From Macrostomum lignano (lineage: Eukaryota): 64,000 nt of DNA. The notes beneath the pieces are model-generated. The model had not been told where the DNA came from and searched no databases. It saw only the letters and a list, made by a program, of their open reading frames with translations. The position numbers and the translations under genes are program-made. Below, one piece after another: positions 26,301-35,908 of this stretch. The stretch is taken from positions 7,799 to 71,798 of the forward strand of contig NIVC01003885.1 in NCBI GenBank assembly GCA_002269645.1, read 5' to 3'. Each line of letters begins with the position of its first letter. The stretch's first letter is position 1.

Positions 26301-29300
26301 GCACTAATCTCCTGTCTAAGGCACTAAACTCCTGTCTAAGGCACTAAACTCTGTCTAAGGCACTAATCTCCTGTCTAAACATCCTAAACTCTTGTCTAAG
26401 GCACTAAACTCATGTCTAAACATACTAAACTCCTGTCTAAACATACTAAACTCATGTCTAAGGTACTAAACTCATGTCTAAACATACTAAACTCCTGTCT
26501 AAGGCACTAAACTCATTTAAACTAAACATACTAAACTCTTGTCTAAGGCACTAAACTCATTTCTAAACATACTAAACTCTTGTCTAAGGCACTAAACTCC
26601 TGTCTAAGGCACTTCATTTCTAAACATACTAAACTCTTGTCTAAGGCACTAAACTCCTGTCTAAGGCACTAACCTCATTTCTAAACATACTAAACTCCTG
26701 TCTAAGGCACTAAACTCATGTCTAAGGCACTAAACTCCTGTCTAAGGCACTAAACTCATGTCTAAGGCACTAAACTCCTGTCTAAGGCACTAAACTCATG
26801 TCTAAGGCACTAAACTCATGTCTAAGGCACTAAAATCAAATTTCCAAGTCTCAAAATGCCTGTCTAGAACGCCACAGGTTAGCAGCCGATGTTGTACTGC
26901 ATCTTTCTACCTACCTGGGCAGCCAATACGATCGGAGCCGTCGCAGCACGTCATACTGCGTTCGCAGCAGAATCGAATTCGCCTTCTGGTGGTCGTTAGC
27001 GGCATTGCGCATCTGCGCTTTGGCCTCCTCGGTGAGTCGCAGCCGGTACTTGTCCTGCAGGTCGCGCAGAAGTCGGCCTCGGGTCTGCCTGTTATCAGCG
27101 TCGCTGCGTTCCAACGCCGTGTCTTTGTAGAACTCGCAGTCCAGCCAGAAGTCCACCAGATGCAAGCCGGCTGTTGGTCGCAGGAATTCGAAGAACTCCT
27201 GCACGCCCTGCCTGTTGGCCAGCATCAGCTCTTTTAGGCGATCGAACGGCAGGTTCTGCCGAGCTTCCAGGCCTTTCAAGTCGAGGCTGTCTCCCGCACC
27301 GCCAGTCTCGCCGGCTCGGGTGCTGAAGGACACGACGGCAGGGGCCTCCTGTAGGTCGCGCAGCAGATCGAAATCGGTAGACATGGGTAGCATAGCGAAT
27401 TCCTTGGATGAGACGGTTGAGAATTCATTTTTAAGATTTTTTTCTGAGTGACTGTGCTCAGCCGCAGCTATTGCGCGGAGCATCTGAAGGCTGCGTACGG
27501 TTATTGAGTCCAAGGACTGGGGGTCGCCACCCACAACCCTCAATTACTCCAGCTAATGTTGCCACCCATTTTACAGTTGGGTGAACTGAGCAATGCAGAG
27601 TTAACTGTCTTGCTCAAGGACACAAATTGTTTCGACGTTCGACGTTCCAACCACTAGCGTTTAATCGTGTTATAGGCTTAAATATTGGTATCATAACACC
27701 ATTTTGACCAAACGGGTATCATTGCGAATTTTCTAGGTTTAGAACTATTTATTACATTTTTTGCTCCTTGATTCTGGATTTAAATAAAGCGTGTTCTTAG
27801 CGAAGACTACACTTTGAAACTTTTTTACTTTAATTTGCTGATTTATTTTTACGTAAAGCATTCCAAGCACTCTACATCTCTTTATCCAAGGACTACTAGA
27901 GAAGAAGGAAAGGGAAATATGTTTCTTGAAAATTTGTTGTCCTTGGATAAAGTATCCTTGGAGTAGTCTTTGTCTATATCATGCTAGCGAATGCAGTTAG
28001 TCTTTCGAGAGCGAAATATTCTTGTGACCGTCTGACTGACTGCAAACATGTTTCTCGACCAATGTGCAGCCAAAGAAACAAGTTCTAAGTCATTTTGGCC
28101 ATTCATAAATGATTTTCCTGACATTCTAATATATTTTTATATCTTTTACCCTGGCGCACTTTAAGCGACATTGCCGCGCAACCGGCGAAAGGCGCGTTAC
28201 TGCCCATTCCGCCGACTCTCCTGAGTAGGCACACAATCGCGCCGACACGCACAGGCACACACTCACACAGGAGTGTACAGCGGCCCCTAGCTTTATTCAT
28301 CGCGTTAGACAGGTACGCTTCGCTGTGCCTTGGGGGTTGGCCCTCAAGGCCGTTAATTGCACGAGCAGAGTCTAGCCGAGATTTCAAATTAATATGACTT
28401 GCACTTTATATCGAGCTTAGGCCACACCAAAGCGAGGCGCTAAACCACAGGGCTACGACCCCCACACTTTGCTAGACTTGAAAGTTTGAAAATATTGTTA
28501 GCAAATAAATTTCACACCTGGTAGTTGTGCGGCGCCGAGTAGGTTCGGCCATCGCCAGCCTGCTGCGACGCCTTCAAGCGTCGATGCTGTTGGATCCGAC
28601 TCGGCGTCGCGGTGGATGCATCGATCGCCAGGCCGCTGACGCTGGCGTCAACAGCGCCAGTGGTGCCTGACTCGTCCAGATCGCCGGTGGTGTCGATGTC
28701 GCGCGGTCGTCGACGTCTTCGCCGCCGAGCTCCGCTGCTGCCGGCCTTGCCGGTCAGGCGGTCCGGCAAACTCTTGGCGTGAGTTGGCGGCCGGTTGGAC
28801 ATGCCGCTGGACGAAGTCAAGTCCGTGGTGTTGTACTCGCCGTCCTCGTCTTGACTGTCTTCGAATTCTTCATCTTCGTCATCGTCGTCGTCATCAACGT
28901 CAGCGGAGGAGCCGTCGTCAGCGTCCGTATCGGTCAGCGAGCCCATGGAGCCTGGGTGAGGATTTTGTTAACACGGACAAGATGAAATGATGCAGAGGAG
29001 CCATCCTCAATGTTTTGTTATAGTGAGGTTTTAAACTTTCAAATTCGTGTACTGGAGTAGCCAGGGATCAACAGCACGGATCGTAGTGCTCCATGCGTCT
29101 TTATGGCGCGCCAACACATAGTGGCGCCAGCAAAAATGGCGCCAGCACCCAGTGGCGCCAGCACCAAGGGGCGCCAGCACCAAGGGGCGCCAGCACCAAG
29201 GGGCGCCAGCACCAAGGGGCGCCAGCACCAAGGGGCGCCAGCACCAAGGGGCGCCAGCACCAAGGGGCGCCAGCACCAAGGGGCGCCAGCACCAAGGGGC

Positions 29301-30388
29301 GCCAGCACCAAGGGGCGCCAGCACCAAGGTGCGCCAGCACCAAGGGGCGCCAGCACCAAGGGGCGCAAGCACCAAGGGGCGCCAGCACCAAGGGGCGCCA
29401 GCACCAAGGTGCGCCAGCACCAAGGGGCGCCAGCACCAAGGGGCGCCAGCACCAAGGGGCGCCAGCACCAAGGGGCGCCAGCACCAAGGGGCACCAGCAT
29501 CAAGTGTACAGCGGCCCTGACTTTCTCATAGTCCGAGTCTGACAATTTACGCCCACTCTCTGACTTGGAATTTGACCCTCAGGGGGGCGTGTGAATACAG
29601 GCCGTACGACGAACCCCCAGGTCAATTTTCGTGCACGAATTTTCATCTCAACTACTCGCACACCCTACTCAGTCATCTCAATTTTGAATTAAACACTCCC
29701 CAACCCACCGGAAGTGCGGCTGTAGCCGCGCACAAAGGTGCCAGGTCGGGTGCCGATTTTTCTGGCATCAACTGGCCTGAGCAGCAGCTTGCAGAGCTTG
29801 TACTCGCGGTAGAGCTCCGTTCTGGAATTAACCAATTGTAAAAATTAGTTTTGAGCTACAGGGGAATTATGCGATGTTACTCGATCGATTAAAGTACATG
29901 CATATTGAGTAAGGCTCACTTGGTGAACAGTGGCAGTCGCTCATTCTGCGCCCAGGTCATGATTGTCTCCCTCTCATCGTCGGTGGCGCCGTACAGCGGC
30001 TCGGAGGAGTTGCTCCACTCGACCAGCGAGTCGTCAGCGGTGTCGACAATGCGAAACGTGCCCGTCAGTCGGTGATATTGAAGCACCTGGGGAAATGCCT
30101 GCATTGTGGTGGGGAGAGACATCTTTGTAATAAAAGCAAGATCTGCAAACTCTGGAATAGAGTTGAATCAGTTCGACTAGAGTTCAACTCACGGGTAAGC
30201 TCAGAAAGGCGTTAAAGTAGTCCAGAAACATGTCATCATAGATGAGCATGTCCTCTAGATTTTCTAGGGCTTGTCGCCCACTCTCTGGAATGTGCGATCG
30301 ACATCAATAAGTTCCAATAAGCCTATTTGGGTTCGTATTAGCTTGAAATTCATTTTTTTAAAGTTGAATTTTTACCTTTTCGATCCAT
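3577..30388 (-). CDS. RGS22: RGS22-like multi-RGS-domain protein (whole gene; ~1280 aa from 19 core exons)
   Basis: All GT-AG junctions are phase-consistent from ATG 30388 to TGA 3577. Motifs [85 protein letters not shown] and [17 protein letters not shown] match RGS22 motifs I recall (DDFLVDYFNEFLSLP, WIKKERLPAF..DCYFEYRLAKLV, GLLFWQEVQKYK, CFINSSIPPALQI, VFREAQMTIFGVLFKFW). Confidence 0.85.
3903..4819. mobile_element. Degenerate non-autonomous DNA transposon (CCC-starting, GACGTC-rich ends)
   Basis: The left end ccccgtacaacaatatgtcgttggcgac resembles the reverse complement of the right end, ccccagcagcaatccgacgtcggccgac. A duplicate end motif lies at ~4065-4090 and a related inverted fragment at ~7865-8060. 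No clear TSD. Confidence 0.35.
5922..5996 (-). CDS. Candidate proximal terminal exon ([24 protein letters not shown])
   Basis: ttttattcctag|GAA; phase 0, GC-rich island ending in TAA. Confidence 0.55.
   Translation of the reverse strand, partial: EFAAREAGAEAATEVRAKTQPKLQ
7572..7726 (-). CDS. RGS22: RGS22-like exon 18 ([16 protein letters not shown]...DGIKWK)
   Basis: ttttccag|TG...AAG|gtgagt. Confidence 0.85.
8870..9059 (-). CDS. RGS22: RGS22-like exon 17 (ITVSND...[20 protein letters not shown])
   Basis: aatgcag|ATC...G|gtgagt. Confidence 0.9.
9222..9554 (-). mobile_element. tRNA-derived CORE-type SINE (family 1), full length
   Basis: Minus strand: A-box tagcctagcgg, B-box ggttcgattcc, CORE-like gtgtccttgagcaagacacttaac...ctgtaaaatgggt, then a (CAA)n-rich tail. 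Confidence 0.8.
9691..9789 (-). CDS. RGS22: RGS22-like exon 16 ([33 protein letters not shown])
   Basis: tacacag|GAG...CAG|gtgagg; not in the ORF track. Confidence 0.9.
9988..10179 (-). CDS. RGS22: RGS22-like exon 15 (RGS domain start ...[12 protein letters not shown])
   Basis: ttgctag|GCA...AAG|gtaaga. Confidence 0.9.
11024..11101 (-). CDS. RGS22: RGS22-like exon 14 ([26 protein letters not shown])
   Basis: aattcag|GAG...AAG|gtgtgg; 78 nt. Confidence 0.7.
11356..11454 (-). CDS. Candidate RGS22-like exon ([33 protein letters not shown])
   Basis: cccaag|AGC...AAA|gtaaca; 99 nt, phase 0/0, GC-rich. Confidence 0.55.
11888..12225. repeat. G-rich tandem array (GAGGGGTTGGGGTT)n with G-quadruplex potential
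   Basis: 13-14-bp units, flanked by copies of a ~63-bp unit containing ggactcgctagccaatcag. Confidence 0.95.
12601..12812 (-). CDS. Candidate RGS22-like exon with a 1-nt frameshift
   Basis: acccag|TCT...CAG|gtattt spans 212 nt, one short of in-frame. One extra G in the GGGG run gives SDSQGAS...[35 protein letters not shown]. Confidence 0.55.
13109..13710. repeat. (TCTG)n compound microsatellite
   Basis: Direct observation. Confidence 0.98.
13920..14033 (-). CDS. RGS22: RGS22-like exon 13 ([27 protein letters not shown]...)
   Basis: tttccag|TAC...AAG|gtgcgg. Confidence 0.8.
14524..14848 (-). CDS. RGS22: RGS22-like exon 12 (RGS domain: VMALFKKYA...[11 protein letters not shown]...FSNFWQ)
   Basis: ttcccag|A...CAG|gtgagt. 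Confidence 0.9.
14991..15081. repeat. 30-bp tandem repeat x3
   Basis: gggtgagttgctgagatgccaaggcttata. Confidence 0.9.
15364..15455 (-). CDS. RGS22: RGS22-like exon 11 ([19 protein letters not shown]...)
   Basis: actacag|GAC...GC|gtgagt. Confidence 0.85.
16064..17350 (-). CDS. Large low-complexity exon (428 aa to stop, or cassette ending at 16100), probably alternative
   Basis: ORF 16064-17305 extends to the acceptor ttacag|TTA at 17350 in phase 0. It ends in TAA, or at a weak phase-0 donor TCA|gtaaaa at 16100. Confidence 0.7.
   Translation of the reverse strand, partial: LGSKQWTSSTDNEDYMFNRKQSTFDSQQSQQNQKPVTDNSLTCTNSPPQFVDFQDAMAAAAAATRKSVQFSLPRIPARSREPTDLEGVDVNSQTGREFADMVRQQRLSRPLLRFDFVKVSDSDQETQEEEEDEDEEVESSDSDRDVNQFEVNSVVAVPAVELNNLTEKNNSSNLSVEGSINDNFDSQIVSISSTDERKLSSAPPQPTPHPPPDRRFARTQSGRLLPRVEQRVRFSSNNPAAAAGAAAIKITEESAESQTVATSSTAMSSSPRLVLPPLVVVQPPEVTDVNSTERSTAPTQLHPTVLHQYSKRRSKRLKKQQRLLPVIESPLDEPSNSIPELASRRIKEDSSFQDEQRPHQGHDSVGSSVKFERPSKKQRRRKHRRDVPMTSTEKLTDGSLAAIDSKVFVDGDKASCSVKTMPFSESCF
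20575..20752 (-). CDS. RGS22: RGS22-like exon 10 (coiled-coil-like: [35 protein letters not shown])
   Basis: cctctcag|A...AAG|gtgagc. Confidence 0.85.
20968..21480. repeat. CT-rich polypyrimidine low-complexity tract
   Basis: Direct observation; similar tracts at 24180-24352 and (GA-rich) 20330-20400 and 41670-41800. Confidence 0.95.
22163..22445. repeat. ~43-bp tandem repeat x6-7, each unit with a CCAAT box
   Basis: aggcctcagccaatcagaagacaccgctgtattgtctatatatt. Confidence 0.95.
22598..22792 (-). CDS. RGS22: RGS22-like exon 9
   Basis: gagtcag|A...GG|gtattt; only one open frame, phases fit. Confidence 0.8.
24441..24607. repeat. 16-bp minisatellite
   Basis: (ttacagaatctacaca)n, next to the exon 8 donor. 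Confidence 0.97.
24623..24894 (-). CDS. RGS22: RGS22-like exon 8 (RGS domain: [19 protein letters not shown]...WLRFLKED)
   Basis: caatcag|GTG...GA|gtgagt. Confidence 0.9.
25035..25250. repeat. 21-bp minisatellite
   Basis: (ccgtatccaacaggtaacact)n. Confidence 0.97.
25450..25870 (-). CDS. RGS22: RGS22-like exon 7 (YIIHKER...[26 protein letters not shown])
   Basis: ctgcag|A TAC...GAG|gtgatt. Confidence 0.9.
25976..26832. repeat. 20-bp minisatellite
   Basis: (gtctaaggcactaaactcct)n with an aacatac variant block in the middle. Confidence 0.98.
26915..27483 (-). CDS. RGS22: RGS22-like exon 6 (RGS domain: [24 protein letters not shown]...YWLPR)
   Basis: ccttcag|ATG...AG|gtaggt. Confidence 0.9.
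27512..27630 (-). mobile_element. Partial SINE family 1 copy
   Basis: Near-identical to ~9358-9478 (ggactgggggtcgccac...gtcttgctcaaggacacaaattgtt); tRNA head missing or degenerate. Confidence 0.75.
28255..28462 (-). mobile_element. tRNA-derived SINE-like element (family 2)
   Basis: Minus-strand head ggggtcgtagccctgtggtttagcg. The body is homologous to 33555-33651 plus 34243-34385. Confidence 0.6.
28518..28951 (-). CDS. RGS22: RGS22-like exon 5 (acidic/basic low-complexity linker)
   Basis: cacccag|GC TCC ATG...CAG|gtgtga; ORF 28512-28946. Confidence 0.85.
29137..29500. repeat. 16-bp GC-rich minisatellite
   Basis: (ggggcgccagcaccaa)n; source of five spurious ORFs. Confidence 0.98.
29709..29821 (-). 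CDS. RGS22: RGS22-like exon 4 ([14 protein letters not shown]...RTSG)
   Basis: ttccag|A...G|gtgggt; bridges phase 2 to phase 1. Confidence 0.9.
29920..30098 (-). CDS. RGS22: RGS22-like exon 3 (AFPQVLQY...[12 protein letters not shown])
   Basis: atgcag|GCA...AA|gtgagc. Confidence 0.9.
30193..30284 (-). CDS. RGS22: RGS22-like exon 2 ([31 protein letters not shown])
   Basis: ttccag|AG...CCC|gtgagt; conserved N-terminal motif; not in the ORF track. Confidence 0.9.
30376..30388 (-). CDS. RGS22: RGS22-like exon 1 (MDRK, phase 1)
   Basis: ATG GAT CGA AAA G|gtaaaa; phase matches the next exon. Confidence 0.6.
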
Positions 30389-31753
30389 TGCTGCCTGACC
30401 GGATTGAAACTACACCATCAAAAGTATTGCTGCTGAAATTAAGATGAACTTAATTTAAGCTTGTGTTTGTTGAAACTGAATGCATGAGATTGTTGCAAGC
30501 ATGAGTATATTTCAAAGTACAAATGTTCCAATAATATTATTAGTCAAACAATCGGGTCTGCTTGAATTTCCTAAATGAAAGTCTTGAATTAAACTTCAAA
30601 GCTATAAGAAAAAAGTGAAGTCCGAATCGATGTATTTTGTGCTAAAATGATAAGTTTTTATAGCCCATTAGTAGCTGAGTAAAAAAGCCGAGATCGTTAT
30701 TTTATTTCTTTGTTTTATGCCTAGAACGACAAAGAAGCTGAAATAAAAATTAAAATTTAATCTAACGCAAATATTCATAACAGATGGACTTAAAACTTGA
30801 CAATTTAAATTTAAATTTCGAAAGTATCACAAAATATTATTTGCATGGCAGTAACTGTCTTTTAATAAGATAATAAAAAAATGGTTGGAAAAATTGATCA
30901 AAAATAAATCATGGCAATAAATAAATGATCCCTACAGCCTTAGGTTTATAGACGCATTTGCAACTAATGTCATCGTGCTGTCAGTGCAGTACTACTTAGC
31001 AGCACACATATATATATTAACATTTTGTAGACGCGTAAATCCCTATAAAATCGAAAGTATTCCTTAAATTCTTACTTTTTACCTTTACCTCTAAATCTAT
31101 AGCGTTAATAAAATGTAAAAAATCTGGTGTCGGGTGATTGCAGATAAAAACGATTTGATCACAAGTTAAAATTGCTACTGTATAGTTAGTTATGACAATT
31201 CTAAATAGATTTAATTAGTTTGCACAATTTAAGTTTAGCTTTTATTATAGAGCAGCTTAAAAGCGTGCACAACAAATTTTACTATATCTAGATATTTTTA
31301 ATGGAAATCTTTGTTTTAGTGCACGTAGCTTAAGCACAAATTTCAAGTTGATTTTTTCAGTGCGCGAAATTTTTGTAAATATGAACTTACTCTGCTTCCG
31401 TTTTAGTTATCCGTAGCCGTAGGCCTACTATAATCTCTACTACTGTCTTATCCGTCATATCTTTAAAATTTCTGTCAAGTGTTTTTTCGATTCCTTTTAA
31501 AAATATGCTGATTTAATCCCTACCAATAGAAGCTACAATTATAGATAGAAGCTAGGCCTACAGCTAAAGGGTACAGCTGACTGCTGAGCTACTGAGCTAC
31601 TGAGGCGAGCCACTAAGCGGCTGAACCAGAGTGCAAGGCCCATCAGAAACCCATATACACGAAGCATTTGATATGCATGTCAAAATTATTAAGTATAACT
31701 TCGGTTTACTGCGCTAAATTATTATCCTGATTTTTTATTAAACTTTCTAAAAA

Positions 31754-32203
31754 GGCAGTTGTTATTTGTCTGGTGACCGGACGAATAGCCTTTTTGCTAT
31801 TTGTCCGGTTAAATTGCTAACACATATCTTATTTGTTTCGTGATGAATATTCTAGATTTTTAAGACCTTTTCTCATATACTGATTAATATTTTCTTATAT
31901 TACTTGAGTGTAAGCAAAGCAGTGTATAATTCGGCATAATTTGGTGTAGGCCCTATAAGACACACACTAGTATAACAATATAATAATCAAGACATGAGTA
32001 AGAAGTCTTTGAAGTCTAGTAATATTTACCCTTGTGGTTTTTATAAACTAGATATTTTAGCATTATCAATTTAACCGGACAAATAACAAAATGTCTATTT
32101 GTCCAGTATTAACCAGATGAATAGGAAAGCATGGTCAGGGTCCAGTAACTGGACAAATAACCACATCGTTATTCGTCCAGTCACCGGACAAATAACAACT
32201 GCC
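31754..32203. mobile_element. Mutator-like MITE (450 bp)
   Basis: Terminal inverted repeat (TIR) GGCAGTTGTTATTTGTC(T/C)GGTGAC(C/T)GGACGAATA; perfect 9-bp TSD ttctaaaaa at 31745-31753 and 32204-32212. Confidence 0.9.
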
Positions 32204-32667
32204 TTCTAAAAATGTAAAACTAACAAGTAAGTCACAGACATTAGGTTCTGGCCAAAGTCGTCATATTCGAGATTGTCATCTGCAGCTTACGAGAAAAACA
32301 ACTAAATTATCTAACTCGTCATTATCTCAGTATTGGACAATGCTGCATTCACTAAATTGTCATATTGTGTTGCATTGGCAATGCTGCAACTAAATCTATA
32401 TTGGCTGCATCTTAGCTCATGGCAGCAGCGTGTTCTTGTTTGCCAACAAATTAAAACAATTTACAGTGTATAACTTAAGGCTTAATCAAACTACCATCAA
32501 ATGAGCCATCAAAATCTGTCAAATACAAAGGAATCAAAAAGAATATGAAATTTGCTTTTAACTTGGAACTAATTTTATTGCATCATCGCACCTAGCCTAC
32601 TAAATGTCAGCTATACAATGTAGTTCATTTTTATCTTTGTGTTTTTACTTAATTGGCCGATAATTGA

Positions 32668-33032
32668 TAGAGGTCGGACGGGATCCCGAGGAAAATTGAA
32701 TTCCCGCGGGACCAGAATCCTGACCCTAAAAAACTCGAGATTTGGGAACAGGTCTTTTGATTAATAATTTGTAGAATTAGTGATTACTTGAAAGTATTTT
32801 GCTTTAACTTGTACTTGTTACATTATTTACTTTGTTGGTTACAAAACTTCATATCAATTTCGTTGTGTTTTACTTCTTGATCTTTGCAATCTTTTCTCAA
32901 TTTTGTTTAACTTTACATGGACAATACACTAAAAGACCTGATCCCGATTCCCGAATCCCGATCCCGATCCCGAGAAAAAAATTATTCCTGATCCCGATCC
33001 CGCCCGAAGATTTCAATCCTGTCCAACCTCTA
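32668..33032. mobile_element. hAT-like MITE
   Basis: TIR TAGAGGT(C/T)GGAC(G/A)GGAT; internal (cccgat)n subterminal repeats; TSD not evident. Confidence 0.7.
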
Positions 33033-33554
33033 CTATTCATAATATATCACTTATTAATTTTTAGAAAACATTGAATTCAAAAGTTTATGTCTTTATTTTA
33101 TCTTTATGCTTAACAAAGCTGCATTGGTATAATAATAATATAGGCCTTTAAAAACTTATTTTAAAGTTATTAAATATAATAACATAATCCAAAATAAAAG
33201 TCACTTTATAATTAGTATGAAAAAACAAAGCCTATCTTCTATTTAATTGCTAATGTTATATAGAGAAACTCCAATAAGATTTAAATACTAGTTTTTTATT
33301 TTTTCATTTGATCAAATTTTCATTTTCTCATATTTTCTTATTTGATCAATCTTAGTTAAAACTTTTTGTACTTTATTTAAATTTTAAATATTCTTTTAAT
33401 GCATTTTTGTCAGTTAGCTGGCACTAATAATTGTTGTTTAAAAACTTGTTTTTAGAGGGCCTAGTGGTTTTGACAAAACCTTTTATTTAATTATTTTTTC
33501 CAATGGCAAATGTGTCTTTTTAGCTTTTTTAACCTTTATCCAAAAGCCAAAAAA

Positions 33555-34385
33555 GGGGCTGTATCCTAGTAGTAGCGTAGTTGCTCTGGTTGCTATGCTA
33601 GCAACCTAGGCTTGATTCCAAGTGCAGTCACATTAATTTGGGGCTGAATTGCCACACTTAGGAAGGTGTCACATGTGCGCGGGAACATATTTCAGCATAT
33701 TTTTAGAGTGTGCGCTGTGTGCGAAGCTAAAATATGAATTTGTGCGCCAAGGTATACATTCATTTATTGACAAATACATAGCTAACTAATGTGCCGTAGC
33801 ACTAAAAACTCGGTAAAAGTCCAATTAAAACAAAACTAAAAAACGGATAAATTTTCGTACCTCATGTAGGCTTTTTTTAACTGAAAACTTTTGCTTTTTT
33901 TAGCTCACCTAGAAAATTCTCAAAAGAAATAGCTTTAACTTTATGTTAAAATCCCATTTTGAATTTTATTATTCGTTTCATTTACCAAGAAACAACAATT
34001 TTTTATTGATATGCTTTGAAAAAACGTAATCTTAAAGCACATTTTACGCACTGCATATGCAGATTATACATTTAGGTGACTCATTGTGAGCTAAATTTTT
34101 CTGATCAGGTTTTGCTATGCGCCACTGTGCGCTAAAAACTTCTGCTAAGCCTTTGTTGTGCGCCGTGTGCGCCACTTTGCGCATATTTTTCATTGATGTG
34201 TGCCAGAATTTTCCGCCATAATGTATACCTTCCTGAGTGTGGCTGAATTGGAATCTTGGCTTGGCTCTGCTCGTGTAATTAACAGCCTTGAGAGCCAACC
34301 CCCAAGGCGCAATGAAGTGTACATGCCTAAAAATAAAAAAAAGTTAGGGCCGCTATACACTTGTGTGAATGTGTGCCTATGTACA
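33555..34385 (+). mobile_element. SINE family 2 copy interrupted by a DNA transposon
   Basis: The two halves rejoin to match the reverse complement of 28255-28462 (caagtgcagtcacattaatttg...gaatcttggcttggctctgctcgtgtaattaac...gccaacccccaagg). Confidence 0.65.
33652..34242. mobile_element. Non-autonomous DNA transposon (591 bp, 8-bp TSD)
   Basis: TIR CCACACT(T/C)AGGAAGGT; TSD ctgaattg at 33644-33651 and 34243-34250. Confidence 0.85.
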
Positions 34386-35153
34386 TATCCACATACTTGT
34401 ATATCTGCTTAGGGGAGTCGGTAGAATAAGCAGTAATGCCTCTCACTAGTTGTGTGCCATTGTCATTTAAAATGCGCCAGGGTGCACACAACCCCCTGCC
34501 TCTAATAAAAAAGCCAAGAATCTAAGAAAGCCAATATAGCCAAAGCCTAATAATGCCTAAAAAATCAATCTTAGACCTAAAATATAAAAAAGATTTTTAT
34601 CTTTGTGTTAAATACATATTTAACATATTAAAAGTTGTTTTCTAATTAGGGCAATATAATAGACTTAAACTAGGCCTAATATTACTAACCAAATAAATAT
34701 TATAAAACAAAAGATAGAAATCTAAATTTAATAGTTATCTAATGAATCAAATTAGATTAATTATTTTTAGACAAGCCTAGTATATTAAGTTTACAAATCA
34801 AATGTATAGTTATTTTAGTTTTTTAATAGGTTTTAGAATTAAACAAAAAGGTAATGCAATTGAAAATGAGACAAATAGTGTTATTATAATTAAAAGTTTA
34901 TTAAAATAGAATAAACAGTATTATTTATACTAGATTTATAATTTTACAAAGACAAAAGCATCTTTTGAATATGTCCAACAAACTCTTAGTACAATAAACC
35001 TAAGTAAACTCTTACTAAGAGTTTGTTGGACACTTACTCTTCCTTGCTAATGCAAACTCTTGGTATAGTAAATGAAAAAAAAATATAAGCATATTGTAAC
35101 TCATCTAAATAGATAATAAATAAATAATTTAATAGTTTTTATGTACTGGAGCC

Positions 35154-35330
35154 CAGGGGCAAACCCAGGATTTTATTGAGGGGGGCAAGCCTCACGTCTG
35201 GTCAGGCCAGAGCTGCAATTAGGGTACCATGATACCAATACAGCATGATACCAATATATCTGAGGATTTTTTTGGCTGAGCTAAGGGGGGCCATGGCCCT
35301 TTTGGCCCCCCCCCCCTTGGTCCACCCCTG
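35154..35330. mobile_element. hAT-like MITE (177 bp)
   Basis: Ends CAGGGGC.../...CCCCTG; 8-bp TSD ctggagcc/ctagagcc. Confidence 0.75.
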
Positions 35331-35908
35331 CTAGAGCCTATCATACAGAGCTTTAGAAGATATCCTTTAGTTTACCCATTATACCATGAATATATTTTTT
35401 ATTATAGTCTATCATATTATATTTAGCTTTAGTTTTGACATTTTAAATTTTAACAATAATTGCAAAATTGGCACCCTGTTTTTTGCAAGTGAGATTTTAC
35501 TTCAATTCAATTTTAATTTTATATTCAAGTTTAGTTATATAGAGATTTTTATAATGCAAATCTTTTTTGAAATACCAATATTTTTTAAAGAAATCCTGAA
35601 AATGCTTTTGACTTTAAATCAAGATAGAGAAAGGTCACAAGACTGATTAATAATAAAAATTAGAGCTATTATTTCAAGTATAGGAGAGGTAGATACAAAG
35701 ATATTCTATTTTATTTTATAACATTTTGGCTGATGTATCTCTACATATAAAAATCAAAACTTTTTATATAAAAATGTACAGCTCTTGCTTAAAATGCTAA
35801 AAAGAATGCAATAAATATAAAGGCATATAGATATGCTATAAATGGAACTTTGAAAAGGAAATAAAACTGTGCTTAGAGAATGCTCAACACTCGCCAATCT
35901 TTGATGCA

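Noticed and set aside
29031-29545. Five to six overlapping 120-170-aa ORFs on both strands
   Set aside because: Stop-free 16-bp minisatellite inside intron 4 of the RGS22-like gene
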